A stretch of 64,000 bases of DNA from Selaginella moellendorffii (lineage: Eukaryota; Plantae; Lycopodiophyta). A program made the position numbers and the translations under genes. The notes under the pieces were generated by a model, which was not told the origin of the DNA, made no database searches, and saw nothing but the letters and a program-made list of their open reading frames with translations. The stretch lies in NCBI RefSeq assembly GCF_000143415.4, contig NW_003314354.1:590705-654704 (forward strand), in the 5' to 3' direction. This document shows, one piece after another, positions 1 through 14,905 of the stretch; position 1 is the first letter of the stretch; every line of letters starts with the position of its first letter.

Positions 1-355
1 TTGGGTCCAGAAACGCAGGCACGTATGGCAATCCAATGAGCTCGCCTGCAGAAAAGATGAGGCGGCAGGACAAAACAGTACTAGGTAGATACTACTTACA
101 CACAACATCCAGCACCGTCTTGCCGTTGCAGAAGCGGCCGGTGGCACCCCAAGGTGAATCGATGCCATAGGGTGCAACATTGGCTTTGGCGAGGGTGAGC
201 AAATAGTTGTTGTTCCCCACATCCACCAGGGAATCCCCGAATATGAACATAGCAGGAACCAGGGCCCCGGCGGCAGCAGCCCTTGCCCTTCCCACAAGGA
301 GGAAGACGACGAGGAGTAGGCGCCGCCCGTGGATGGCCTTGGCACACCACTCCAT
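1..355 (-). CDS. GDSL esterase/lipase, 5' part (continues off the left end of the window)
   Basis: Signal peptide, then PAMFIFGDSLVDVGNNNY (block I) and YGID...TGRFCNGKT. After a ~53-nt intron the frame continues ELIGLPYVPAFLDP. Confidence 0.93.
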
Positions 356-614
356 CTCTGCTCCTCTTCTTCTTTGGAGAGCTCAACAAAGACCAAGGCG
401 GGCTCGGCTACCAATGCTTAGGACATTCATACTACTAGTTACATCTCACGTCTGTGCATGTCACGTCCACACATGAATGCAAATCAGAAAGGGCAGCAGG
501 CAATTTGCTTATGCTGTTTGAAAAGGTGGCGGTCCTTTAAACAACTTATCTCTTGTAAGTTACTTCGTACAAAAAAGTTCCAAAATAATGTACACTACTT
601 ACACCATAATCCAA

Positions 615-3600
615 TTACAGCTCTGATAAAATGGCCGGGATATAGTGTGACAGTTCTGCAGTGAGAGACTGGAAGCCATTCACCAGCTGCGAATGGAAAT
701 CTTGGTCTTCCTCCCCGATGAGCCTCGAGTGGATGCGTATCGCTCGCTTGCACACAGCCATAAACTCTAGCAATGCAGCAATCAGCTGCTGGAGCTCCTG
801 GGACCGGAGCTTTGTCGCTGGCTCTCCAGAAAGGAAAGCCGAGCATACTCCTAGCACACCGCTGTTCACCTGACAGTACAAGGAGCCATGAGCACAACAG
901 TACTAGAAAAACACCACCCCAACGCTTACCTGTACTGCAACGCTGCCCTGAAGGATCCTTTGTAAGCTCTGCAGCCGAGGGAGATGGTCACCCTCGGAGT
1001 TGCGAGGCTCTTCGAGTTCATTTCTCAACGTAGCCGTCCTCGCTTCGATCATGCCTATGGCATTCTCTATGGGAGAGAACTCTCTCGACTCCGATTTGAT
1101 CACGAGAAGCCGGTTTACCAGAGCGGGAAATGAGCCGTGCGTCTGCACGACCGTCCGCCTCTTCCACTGGTCCTCCAGTCCGCCTTGCGACTTGCCGTTC
1201 TTGGTAAACGGTGTATCAAACAGAAAGTGATCGAACACACGAGCACAGCTGCAAGCCGATGGTCGACCAGCTATTCGTTCCTTCCGACTCTCCAAGTCCT
1301 CGCCTTCAAATATCGGATCCACCGAAGTTATTTGCAGATAGCACACGCCACTTTCTAGTTCGTCGGCTTTGACCTGGCGCGAATCTGGTATTATGTGCAG
1401 CGTTTGGTCGGCACCCAGAACCAGCTCGTAGATGTGGCCCAGCTTCTCCATGATATCACCCAGGCGCACATCTTTGGCTTCCCTGTATACGTACTCCCGT
1501 CGATTGAGCTTCCCAAACTGTTCCCCGTAGAAGCCGACACGGTAGTATGTCGCATCGATGAAGGGCAGCGGGCTCGACTCCTGCTCCACAATTGACTCGT
1601 AAATAGCCGTCAGCGATGTGTGGCACTTGGCAAGCTGACCATAGGCTTTCCTGCTCTTGTGCACAGGAATCACCAGTTCCACAATCGCCGCACAGAAATG
1701 GAAGAGCTCGGCCTGCGCAAAGAGCTTGTTGCCAAGCTGTAGATACTTGACAGCTGAATCCACCGTCAACTTCGACGCCCCATAGCCTTCTACTTCGGCA
1801 GCCGATGCCTCCACTGAGGTGGCAAGCATCGGACAGATCCTGCGGAGCGCCTCCAGATTATCTCGCCCCCAAACTAAATCGTTTCTCGCTACCAAAGCCT
1901 GTAGACACCCATGCGTCAGTGTGAACATGCAACGGTAGCCCTTGTAGCTAAACTATACCTGCATAATCACGCCCGCTACGGCTACAGCACACTCCGCAGC
2001 TTCGGCCCACGACTGCATTTCTTGGTGGGCGTCACAAAGGTGAAGCAGCCACATTATGTGTAAATCAGGCACATGTGCGTATGCGACTGCCAAGCTGTGG
2101 AAACTTTCTGCTGCCGCATACTTGTCCGTTGTCATTATGGTCCCCTGAAACAATACTCCAGTTAACCACACAGCGAAGTAGCAATATGCACGTACCAGGA
2201 GAGCGTGCTCGATGCTTGCATCCAGAGCTTGCAGCAGGGCCACAGACATTTCTCGAACTTCCGACCACCGCCAGAGATTATCACGATCTCCATCAACCGC
2301 GGCATCTAGACAATTCGCCGGGAGACCACATTCTTTCAACAGGCCATCACTTATTTCTTCTGAAGCCATTTCTTGCAGTGATCTTTTCAAACGGCGAGCT
2401 TCGCCGCTCTCTTCAAAACTGCCATCAGGCTTCATCTGGGTGACCTGCACTTCAGACATTAGTTCTGAGAGTGTTATTGTCAGCATGACGCGCAACCTGG
2501 CTGTACTTTGAAAGTAATAAAAGGAGCTCTGCACTTGGCATCAAACACGTTAGAAACACCTGAGAAAACAGACACAGAGCTCACCCGAATAAGAATTTGA
2601 AGGCCCACAACAGCTCTCTTTCGTATCGAGTCGTTCCGATACACGGCAAGGTGCAAGAGATGGAACGCAATCTGCTTCAGGAAACGATCATTTTCTCTGC
2701 CCATTAGCGTCGCTCCATGACGTGTAAAGAGGTTGTTGAAGACAGGAAAGAATGCTTTCCAGAATATAAGAGGTTGGCTGTGGGAGAAGAATCCCGTAAA
2801 AATAGCAGTGACACAATCCAGCTTTACGTAGTCAGTAGCAATGCTGTGCACAGACGCAACGTCTATGAATTTCTCCACTATTTCGAGCACCTGTAGGCTC
2901 ACTGAAGTGCTAAGGTTCTCCTCCCAAAGCTCCTGTACAGTTCAGCTTGAATATAGAGAGCAACATCAATCCATTTTCTTACGAGTTTCTGCCTCAGCAT
3001 TGGGTGCAGGCTCTCGCGAAGAGCTCTGTTCGATGCCATTTTTCGAGAAGACTGTGCATGCGCCAAAGCTTCTCGTAGAGAGTAGGGCTGACTTGGAGAA
3101 TTTAAATGAGGACTTGGCTTTTTCCACAGGTGACCATTTTCAGGAGTTGCCTGAGGCTGCATCCACTGTAAAATGATGGTCTTAGTTATCGCTTTGCCTG
3201 AGATTCAGCACCTCACCTTCAGCTCCTGTCGAGAAGCTTGGCTAAAAAAAGTATGAACTGCGGGCGACAGCGTATCAGAGTATTTGGGTGAGTATGCACC
3301 TTCGCTTTCCGGTGTTTGCATTGGTAAAGCTCCACCCAAGGAATCATGCATCTTCCTATGCTGCACGGAGAATGGGAAAAATAACTTCGTAGAAAAAGAG
3401 TTTACCTCAAAGAGGGAGAGACATTCTTCCATAAGCTTAAAGAAAAGTCTCGTACGAGCGACGCTCTGCTGCCATGCTTTTATCAATGACATATCATCAA
3501 GATGTCGGATAATTTGTACAACGCAAATTAGAACTTCTCGTTTCTCTGTCGCATTAAGATTGTAAAACACTGGCATTTCATCCAGAATCTGAAGCACGCC

Positions 3601-6600
3601 CTTCAGAAAACGAGGTTACAAAGCTTGAATCGGAACATACCATGCCAACAAGTTGGAAGTATAGTTGTGATATGTACAGCTTGTCCTCGAGCTTCTGGTA
3701 GCGGCAGTCGAGCTCGTGCTTGCATGTGAGGACCACCAAAATGCGTGCTGCCTTTACAGAAACGCTTTAGAGCTCCCAAATACGAAAACTCAAATCTACC
3801 TTCGATCTTTGTGATAAATCATCGTGATCCCACGTCAGGAAAAGTTCTTGCATAAGGCTTGAAGCAAGATAGTTTCTGCAAATACAACAAACTAAATACG
3901 CTTGTAAGAATGAATATATCCGTACCTTTCAGAAGGGTCTCTTCCTGGCATTTCAATAAAAAGATCGTGGTCGCAGATGACTTGTAAGAAAGTCAACTTA
4001 CACTCGTGCAAAGAAGATTGGCAAACACCCGTAAACTTGTCAAAGTACAGAGCAATCTACAATAAAAAGGAAGGCATCGATTAGCAAACGCAAAAGTAAC
4101 CAAAGCAACTTACAAGCTCAAACACTTGTCGGGGATCAACAACGGAAAGTAAATCATAGCAAAAGAATGCCAGACTGCTGTTCAACCTTCTGGCTAGGCT
4201 GAGGCCCTTTTTGGATCGATCGTGAACTTCCGTAAGCAAGCAATCGTACAAATTTGACACGCAGCGAAAAACTTCATCCGTTAGTTGCAAAGGTGGAGCA
4301 TCCTCGTCTGCAAGGCAAGTTAATATCGGTAAGAAAGGTGGTTCAGAAAAATCTGACCAGTAGGAAGGTTTTCCGGGAAAAGTCTAGCTTGTTCTAAAGC
4401 CATAGATCTAACGATCAGTTCGAAGAACACCCAAGCCATTGACAGCACGTCATCATATACAGGTCCAACTCGGTAGCCTTTTGCCTGCAAGAAAACTATT
4501 TCATGACAAGCTAACGAAGTTCCGATACTGCTACCTTGCTTCTAGCCAAGCCCCTCCAAACATTACACAATCCAGGGTAAACAGGAGGCCGACGCCCACC
4601 GAAATCATCAAAAGCGTAGTCAATAAATTGAACAAGATAGCGGTTTCGTTCGGCCCCGTCAGACGATTCTTGTTGCACCCTGAAAAGTTTCAAAACTGAG
4701 CGATACATTCCATTTTTTGAAAAGAAAAGAAAAGAAAACAGACCTTGTAAGTATATTCACCATGGCACGAAATGCAGCAACCTGGCACCAGCAAAAACGT
4801 ATTTATAGCACAAATATAGAACTCCACATCATTAACCTGAAGGGTTTCCCCGCTGTCACTGATCAGATGCAACAACATATTCATCAAAGGTTGCAAAAAT
4901 TGTAGCATGGACGTTGAATCCACATTCTTCAGACTGTTGATTGGCTGGTATTCATATATGTGTTAGGACTCTTCAATAAAATTGGCGAACAAACACAAAC
5001 CTCCAAAAGCTCGGAACCCCAGGGAGCATTGGCCCTTAAAATGTGGCGATCAAATTCTATAGTGAAGTCCCTAATGCGCTCGTTTACTGAATATAATGAG
5101 GAACAAAGACGCAAGCGCAGCCTCAGCAATGCCCTCCCATCTTCCAAATGCTCAATTTTGTCCTGAAGAAATAACAATATGATACCAGTGAGCTATTTGC
5201 GACAGTACCTTTACAGAGTCTTGAAGATAATGCGGAACAAGATCCTTTAGGATCGGAAGGCTGGCATCAGAAAAGCGCATGCTTCTGTCGAAGAGACAAT
5301 CAAGAATAAGTTTCAAATTTTCAACACACGTACTGAGCACCAGCTAAGAGGGGCAGGATAGCGTAGCCGACGACTACCTGCAACAATACCAAAAGTGAGA
5401 GACATGATGTTAGAGGAAGGAAAACAGCGTACTGGTTTTGGAGCCTCGAGTTTCATATTAAGATCCACGTGGAATAAAGTAAAAAGAATGTGATGTTGTG
5501 CCGTTAGTACCGCCGGCAAATTCATTTTAAATTCGTCATGGTAATATGCCGTTCGAGAAGCCACAGCAATTTGAGAATATGCCCACTCTCGCATGCCGGA
5601 TTCAGCGTCACGGGGGTAAATAGCCTGGTGTAAGAAGAACTAAGCATCTGGCTCACAAATACAAGACATACCTCCATTGCAGGCGTCTGGAGATCAATGT
5701 CATCCTTTCGGACCTCCACCCTGATGAAGAGATTCCTCTTCTTACTAAACGTTACAGACAGCGGGTACACGTAAAGGCAGTGTATCGACTGCGTAAAAGG
5801 CTCACTCTTTGTAAAATGCCGAAACTCCATAAGAGGATGCTGGGAAAGATTAAAATTGTTAGGAACAACGCGTCACCACAGCACATCACTTACATCTGCA
5901 GGCAGCAATCGCTGCTTCACCTCAACGTTCCCAACCCGTCTCTTTCTGTTGTCCAAATCCGCATCACTGCTCCTTCCATCTGCATCGCCGACCTGACTAT
6001 CCTGGTTGTCAGGACTGCTACATACTGATGCTGCGTCTGGATCTAGATCCTCGGGGGCAAGGCGCTCGACTTCAAAGCGCAACGTAGCTTTGATAGGTTT
6101 ATGAGCTTTCTTCTTCGGATCCTGCAACATACGACTCAGAGCGCCGGGCAGCAATGATCCTTTACAAACCTGAAGCCAGTCTTCATTGTAGCATTCCTTT
6201 ACACGATTAAGGCCCGGAACGTCTAGCATGATGGGGTGGCCAAGACGCTTCCCCGCTTCCCCAACCGCGTCTGCTCCAGAGAGGGGACTGCTTGGAGAAG
6301 AGATACCTGTCATTGCCCCAGTTACACTCAAGTCAAACAACGGGACGGTGGCCCAAGCGAACGGCTCTTTGAATGGCATTATTCGAGCCCATACTTGGAG
6401 CCTTTGCTTCTCTCTTTCCGTCAAATGAGCCTGAAGGCAGCGGTTAGCTTCACGGTCAGAGCTGATCAAGTAAAGAAAAACGTACAGGCTCCTTACGCGA
6501 ATACACAGAGGATTTTACGCCACCTTCCTCAGTTGCATGCTTCTCGAGCTGCACAAGCATACAAATGGATGCCGAAGGAGCATCCACCGAAAAGATGGCA

Positions 6601-7593
6601 CGCCTTTGGATAGCCACCGTTCCCTGAATGAGAATGTGAGACTAGGTGCGGAGTATGCGCGCATCACAAACCTCGCAAAATTCGCCAGGAAGGAACTCGA
6701 AATAAAAATCTTCAGACAGTTTTTCCCGCCTTTCTCGATGATAGAGGCTGAGGCTCCCATAGATTGGCTCTGCAGCGGACAGGCAGGCGTGAGGCAAATT
6801 TGCAGCTGCGAAAGCGGATCCAACGTACCCACGAAACCTGCTTGAAGCTTGAGTTGTAAGACCTTGACGGCAACCTTGAGACCACTGTCGCAAACAGCAA
6901 AGAAGACAGACAGGTAAGTAGCGTAAATGCAGAGAAACACCACAACCTGCCAAGAGAAGCTGGAGGGGGTTCCGGCAGTCGCTGGCCACTTATAGCGCCT
7001 CTCTCGGATTCCCAGTTGAATGCAGGCTCGTAAGCATGAAGAGGGGAGGGGCCGAGATGCTGCTGCACAAAGAGAGGGGAGGGGGGGATTTATTCCTTCC
7101 ACCACCGAGAAAGTGAGGACTGCACCTTCAGCTTCTTTGTACGCCCGGGAGTATTGGTGGCCTCTTCGCTGTCACACGCGCTTGGGCCCTGGCGCAGGTT
7201 GGAGAGGTGTAACTCTTGCAAGGGAAAGGCGCATCAACAAAAGAGTGTGAGTGCGGGGGAACGAGGCAGTGGGCAGGCAGAGAGCTCTTACCGGTTTCTA
7301 CATCGGTGTCGGGTCCCTCGAAAATCTGATTGTGAAAGGCAGGCCGCGAGACGCTTTGGTAGTGGCCGTACTTGGCGTCATCCGTGAGCCAGGCCGAGCT
7401 GTAGGATTGCAAGACAAGCTTGAGATGGGGGCAGTGCTCCGCATCTGCTTGCAGCTGCTGCAGCCAACACCAGCAATCAACAATAAGCTCCCCAGGATGA
7501 ACAAACCTGTGGATCCAGCTCCAAGGCGCTTGACGGGAACGCCACTCCCCGGCTCATCCTCTTGAACCGCTGCCCGCGACCGGGAGCTGCCAT
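615..7593 (-). CDS. SPK1: SPIKE1 DOCK-family ROP guanine-nucleotide exchange factor (multi-exon)
   Basis: ATG 7593 MAAPGRGQRFKRM..LDP; KYGHY..FHNQIFEGPDTD; C2/DHR1 LYVYPLSVTFSKKRNLFIRVEVRKDD and YYHDEFKMNLP; DHR2 YYRVGFYG, FLFDTPFT, QWKRRT, SPIENAI, LQRILQGSVAVQVNSG; C-terminus ELSHYIPAILSEL* at 615. Confidence 0.95.
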
Positions 7594-7960
7594 GGCGATC
7601 TACCTAGAGGCACGCTAGGACGCAATGCAGGTGCGCCCTACCATTCACCATTCACACTGTTGCATTGTGGCTCACCCTTGCGCACCAAGCTACGTGACCT
7701 CCACGCGACATCATCATTCCCGCCTTGGCCGCCCTCCCTCCTCCTCCTCCTCCTCCTGCGCATCGCCAGCGCCCTAGCCCAGCCAACCTGGGATATTCCA
7801 TTCCCCACTACCACGTGGACGGTGAGGATGGTCATTATATGCTATGAAACTTGGATGGGAATGGGATGGCAGCGCTTGCTTCCTACCCAGAAAAGGACAG
7901 CGCACTAGAGACCGATCCATTGGCCGACCTGGCCGCCACCAGCAATCGCTCCAGCCAGAA

Positions 7961-10900
7961 ATGCCGCCGCTCCTCCTCCTCCTCCTCCTCCTCGCCGCCA
8001 CGCTCCTCCATGTCGGCCTCTCCGACACCGTGGCCTATGATCACAGGGGCCTTATCATCAATGGCCAGCACCGGATGCTCATCTCGGCATCCATCCACTA
8101 CCCTCGCGCAGCTCCTCAGGTATAGCCACCCATCTCCGATTCTCTACGCAACCTCTGAGTTCATCTGCAGATGTGGAGCCAGCTCATCTCCAATGCCAAA
8201 GCCGGTGGAATTGACGTGATCGAAACGTACGTCTTCTGGGACGGGCATCAGCCCACCAGGGACACTGTAAGCTCTTCCCCGGGCGCTTGTACAGACTTGA
8301 TTCTTGCTCCATTCCCTCCAGTACAACTTCGAGGGGCGATTCGACCTGGTTTCGTTTGTCAAGTTGGTCCACGAGGCGGGCCTATATGCCAATCTCCGGA
8401 TTGGGCCTTACGTGTGCGCGGAATGGAACCTCGGGTGAGAATCTCTCTCCTTCGTTGCATGCAACAACATTCCTTGGTTTTCATCAGGGGCTTCCCCGTG
8501 TGGCTCAAGGACGTGCCAGGAATTGAATTCAGAACAAACAACCAGCCGTTCAAGGTATGATTCACGCGCTCGTTGCTCAAGATTGCATCCGCCCCCGGCA
8601 CCAAGTTTGTCAACTCTTCAGGCGGAGATGCAAGCGTTCGTGGAGAAGATCGTGGCGATGATGAAACATGACAAGCTTTTCGCGCCTCAGGGTGGACCAA
8701 TCATACTGGCTCAGGTACTCTTGCATTTCTTGATTGTGGGCAAAGAAAAGCAGCACAGATTGAGAACGAGTATGGCAACATCGACGCGGCATATGGAGCG
8801 GCCGGAAAGGAGTACATGGAGTGGGCCGCAAACATGGCCCAGGGTCTCGGCACGGGTGTGCCCTGGATCATGTGCCAGCAGTCGGACGCACCAGACTACA
8901 TCGTGAGCTTTTGATTATATAACACTTTCATGACACCCTTTCGCTCCTGCAGCTAGACACTTGCAACGGCTTCTACTGCGATGCCTGGGCTCCCAACAAC
9001 AAGAAGAAACCCAAAATGTGGACCGAGAATTGGAGCGGCTGGTGAGCCACGTTTGAGGAAGGTTGAATGCCCCTTGGTTATGTCTTGGATCACCCACAGG
9101 TTCCAGAAATGGGGAGAGGCATCCCCGCACAGGCCCGTGGAAGACGTTGCCTTCGCTGTAGCCCGTTTCTTCCAGCGCGGGGGAAGCTTCCAAAACTACT
9201 ACATGGTTGGGGGTTGGGCTCTTCCTTGCAATGTGCTAAAGCTCGTCTGGAAACCTTGCAGTACTTTGGCGGCACCAATTTCGGGCGATCATCCGGAGGC
9301 CCATACGTTACGACCAGCTACGATTACGACGCACCCATTGATGAGTTTGGTATAAGGGTTGTGTGGCGTAGTATACCATGCTAACGCGGGTAACGTGCAG
9401 GAGTAATTCGCCAGCCCAAATGGGGCCATTTGAAGCAGCTGCACGCTGCAATCAAGCTCTGCGAAGCCGCGCTTGGCTCCAACGATCCCACCTACATTTC
9501 CCTGGGCCAACTGCAAGAGGTAAACACGGGCTTCTAAACCTGGTCTTCACCCTCTTGCAGGCCCATGTCTACGGGAGCACGTCATCCGGAGCTTGTGCAG
9601 CTTTTCTGGCAAACATTGATTCCAGCTCCGATGCCACCGTGAAGTTCAACTCTCGGACGTATCTTCTACCCGCCTGGTCTGTCAGTATTCTCCCCGACTG
9701 CAAAACAGTCAGCCACAACACCGCTAAGGTCTCTCACTCTCTCTCCCTTCTTCTCATGCTGACGATGAAACATTTCTATCCGAAGGTGCACGTTCAAACA
9801 GCCATGCCAACAATGAAGCCCTCCATCACGGGGTTGGCCTGGGAATCCTATCCTGAACCAGTCGGAGTGTGGAGCGACAGTGGTATTGTGGCATCGGCAT
9901 TGCTCGAACAAATCAACACAACCAAGGATACAAGCGACTACCTCTGGTACACCACAAGGTGGATTTTGACTTTTCTCCGGCTACCTGGAGCTTTGCTTAC
10001 ACCCTCTGGGCAGCCTGGATATCTCTCAAGCAGATGCCGCGTCTGGAAAAGCACTTCTTTCTCTTGAAAGCATGAGAGACGTTGTTCATGTCTTTGTCAA
10101 CGGAAAACTAGCAGGTAGCTGGCTTTCTAGATTTCCCGCTCTAAACACTTATATGGCATGATTCAGGCAGCGCAAGCACAAAGGGAACCCAACTGTATGC
10201 CGCTGTGGAACAGCCTATCGAGCTAGCCTCGGGGCACAACTCCCTGGCGATTCTTTGCGCTACGGTTGGCCTACAGGTTGTCTATCTGACCACCGCAAGT
10301 GTGTGCGGCTTTCTTACTTCGCTCCGCAGAACTATGGTCCATTTATCGAGACATGGGGTGCCGGCATCAACGGCTCGGTCATAGTCAAGGGCCTTCCCTC
10401 GGGTCAAATAGATCTCACTGCTGAAGAATGGATACACCAGGTTCGCTCACCACAATGAGCCTTTTGTTATTCTGTGTGGACGCAGGTAGGCCTCAAGGGG
10501 GAAAGCTTGGCCATCTTCACGGAGAGCGGATCTCAGAGAGTGAGGTGGTCGTCGGCAGTTCCTCAAGGGCAGGCATTAGTGTGGTACAAGGTAATCTTCC
10601 AACACCATGGTATCACATGTATCGTGTGGATTGCAATGCAGGCGCACTTTGACAGCCCCAGCGGCAACGATCCGGTGGCTTTGGACTTGGAAAGCATGGG
10701 GAAGGGCCAGGCATGGATCAACGGGCAGAGTATTGGGCGCTTTTGGCCATCCTTGCGTGCACCAGACACTGCCGGATGCCCTCAAACGTGTGACTATCGC
10801 GGCAGCTATTCCTCTTCCAAGTGCAGGAGTGGCTGTGGCCAACCTTCTCAGCGATGGTGAGCTGTGGACCTTGTACAAGATTACCTAACGTCTCTACCTC

Positions 10901-11015
10901 TAGGTACCATGTTCCACGCAGCTGGCTCCAAGACAGCGGAAACTTGGTGGTGTTGTTTGAGGAGGAAGGTGGCAAGCCGTCTGGTGTGTCATTCGTGACC
11001 AGGACGGTGGTTTGA
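7961..11015 (+). CDS. BGAL: Glycoside hydrolase family 35 beta-galactosidase, secreted, no C-terminal lectin domain
   Basis: Leu-rich signal peptide; VAYDHR..IHYPR; [12 protein letters not shown]; catalytic [14 protein letters not shown] and [10 protein letters not shown]; [11 protein letters not shown]; [10 protein letters not shown]; [18 protein letters not shown]; YHVPRSWL; stop TGA at 11013-11015. Confidence 0.96.
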
Positions 11016-11130
11016 AAAGGCAGGCGCCGGCCCTGCTTGCTTCTTGTGCTTGCTGAGGTAACTGGGCCGACAAAACAAGCCTAGTAAATATATAGCTTCC
11101 CAATTTCTGGGATCCCCTTTCAAGTGCGGC

Positions 11131-12950
11131 ATGGCATGTCCAAGAAACGAGCAGCGCCCAAGGGAGATAGCAGCGGGCATTTTCTATGGAGCGCCCCGAG
11201 GAGGCGGTCATCAACAGCCCCCTCGGCTCTTGCACTTGCTACGCGACATCCGCAGCGATCTTGGCCAAGAATCCACACCCATCGCGGCCGGGTTAGTTGA
11301 ATGTTGTGCTTTGGCTGTTCGAGTGAAGAGTGCTTTGGAAGCTGGAACAGGGATGCTTGGGCCACGTTCGCGAGGCAAGAGCAGGCCCTTCAATACGCCG
11401 ACTGTCACCGCCATGGCCTCGCCGTCTTCACGTACCAAGACCACACAACGGGCCAAAGGCGATTCCTTGTTACCTCTCACCTCGAGTTCTGGAGGAGGTG
11501 GGCCTCCTCCCCCGGACCTCATGATTCTAACGCATCGTGCACCGCAGATACGAGAAGATGCACGGCAGCTTGAGGCACCACTATGAAATTATACGCGAGG
11601 TAAGATTGCTGCCCGAGCTGTAGGTGGGCTGGATGCACATTGCTGCGCATGCATAGAATACCCCGTGCAATCTCTACTTCGATCTGGAGTTCAACCGGCA
11701 CACCAACCAGGGCGCGGATGGCGATGCCATGGTCGACCTCCTGCTGCAACTGCTCGCCTCCACGCTCTACGAGGCTTTCTCGATCCGCTACAACGTGGCC
11801 TGGACACTGGAGCTCGACTCGTCAACCGCAGGTAATACTAGTCTTAGCAGACACAAGGATTCCTTCCTATAATGGCTTTATAGACAAGTTCTCTCGGCAC
11901 CTCATCTTGCGCATCCCCAACACCGCCTTCAAGGACAACTCGCATGCAGGGGCGTTTGTTGCGCATGTAGGTGACCCTGTTCTCTTTTCCATGTTGGGAT
12001 AATGTTTTGCTGCAGCTGTGCTCGCGGATACATGTGCTTCGCGGGCGTGACAAGCACCTGGAGGAGCTTTATGTCATCACCGATCATTCTTCCACCTCCA
12101 GGCTGTTTGTCGATCAGGCTGTCTACTCGCGTAACCGTTGCTTCCGCCTCGTCTTCTCTGCCAAGGCTGGAAAGACGGCTATCCTGGTCCCGACGTACAG
12201 ATTCGCCTCCGGCTCCGAAGTGGTCATGGTCAGTCCCCGCTGCTCCTCCCTGGAGGCTTGACTTCATACAAAGCCGTTGCAGGACGATATTACAACGTTC
12301 ATGCAAGCGCTCGTTTGCAACGTGGATGCGAATTGCGAGACACTTCTCACATTTGACCGCGGGGTAGGCCTAGTATATCCTTCACATTTGTTGTTAATTA
12401 TCCGCTGAAGGCTGCTGGCGAACACCCAAAGTCGCTCTCCAATATCCAGCCTCAACAGAGCGTCGCTTCCGAAGCATCGCCATTTGGTGCAGTTGATGCG
12501 TTTGTGGAATCAATTTCATCCTTTGGAAACACTCCGGGTGCGTATATCCTACTCGTGCGTTCCTGTCTGATGCAACGCAGGAAAGATTCGAAACTGGTTT
12601 TGGTTTTCGGAGCTCGGCATTATTGTCTATAATATTTCGGGCAACCGTTTCTGCGAGCGAGTGGGAAGGCAGCACAAGAGCAACAACGGTATGATTGTGT
12701 GTCTTGTTCTTTCTTTTGTTGACGCGTCAACCACTATGCAGTCATGTACATCATCAACTTACGACGAGCAAGCTACTATCAAAAATGTCATGATCCGGAT
12801 TGCAGGGGTAAACGGCTATATAACTAGAGCAAACTTGACGAGTTACTGTGCCCAGGATACAAATCTCCTGTGAGACCTGTTCCATGCCATGTTCTCCCAC
12901 CCGCAGGTTTTCACACACACGACGCAGAGACACAGATATACAGGCGGTGA
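11131..12950 (+). CDS. PRIMPOL: DNA-directed primase/polymerase (AEP superfamily PrimPol)
   Basis: Spliced reading gives [22 protein letters not shown] (DxE), KFSRHL (SxH), [15 protein letters not shown] and the Zn finger [13 protein letters not shown]...QKCHDPDC. Stop at 12948-12950. The true start may lie upstream. Confidence 0.92.
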
Positions 12951-13000
12951 ATGCATCTTTTATCCGTGTCGTCAAAATTACAGCGCCTGCGTTCTGTTGT

Positions 13001-14315
<1,315 letters not shown>

Positions 14316-14809
14316 CTTGTCTTGCTGCTATGGTGGTGTTAATCGACTCACTGGGTGAAGCAAAGAGCCCTACAGCGAAAATGAGCCATAGAAAGAAACG
14401 AAGCACTCCCCCATGAGTGTGTAAGTGGGACGACTCTTGGCTTCAAATTGATTATTGGGAATAAAAAGAAAAGAACCTGCAAGAGTTAGCTGATTTCTCC
14501 CTCATTGTACGTGTTGAACCCAAGCACGCAGGAAACCTGTACATTCGGATCTATTGCCACACACATACCATCAGGAGACACCAAGGTGGAATGGTCGTCC
14601 GTGTCCAGCAGAAGGTGCACCGATCATAAATTGACAACTCCCATTCTTGTTCTCTGCATTAAACCACAATCAATCCCTTTGAAAAACTCAATGCTTACCA
14701 ATTGAGCAGGAGCTCTTTCACTGCTCCAGTGTTATCATGATGATGTAGGCTGTGACCATATATAGGGATGCAAGCTACCACATCCTGCTGTGGCATTCTG
14801 CTGTAGGTC

Positions 14810-14905
14810 GTTCAAGTTCCCATCAGCTCCATGCGCCTGAATCCAAGCTAGTCTAATATTGCATGCAATGTCTCGCTCTGGCATCGCATCAAACACCCCT
14901 TCATC
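14810..14905 (-). pseudogene. PPR-motif fragment
   Basis: Minus strand reads GVFDAMPERDIA..AWIQAHG, resembling a PLS-class PPR motif. No surrounding ORF. Confidence 0.4.

Noticed and set aside
11131-12950. PrimPol as part of a virus or mobile element
   Set aside because: Intron-rich, of the cellular eukaryotic type, and flanked by host genes.
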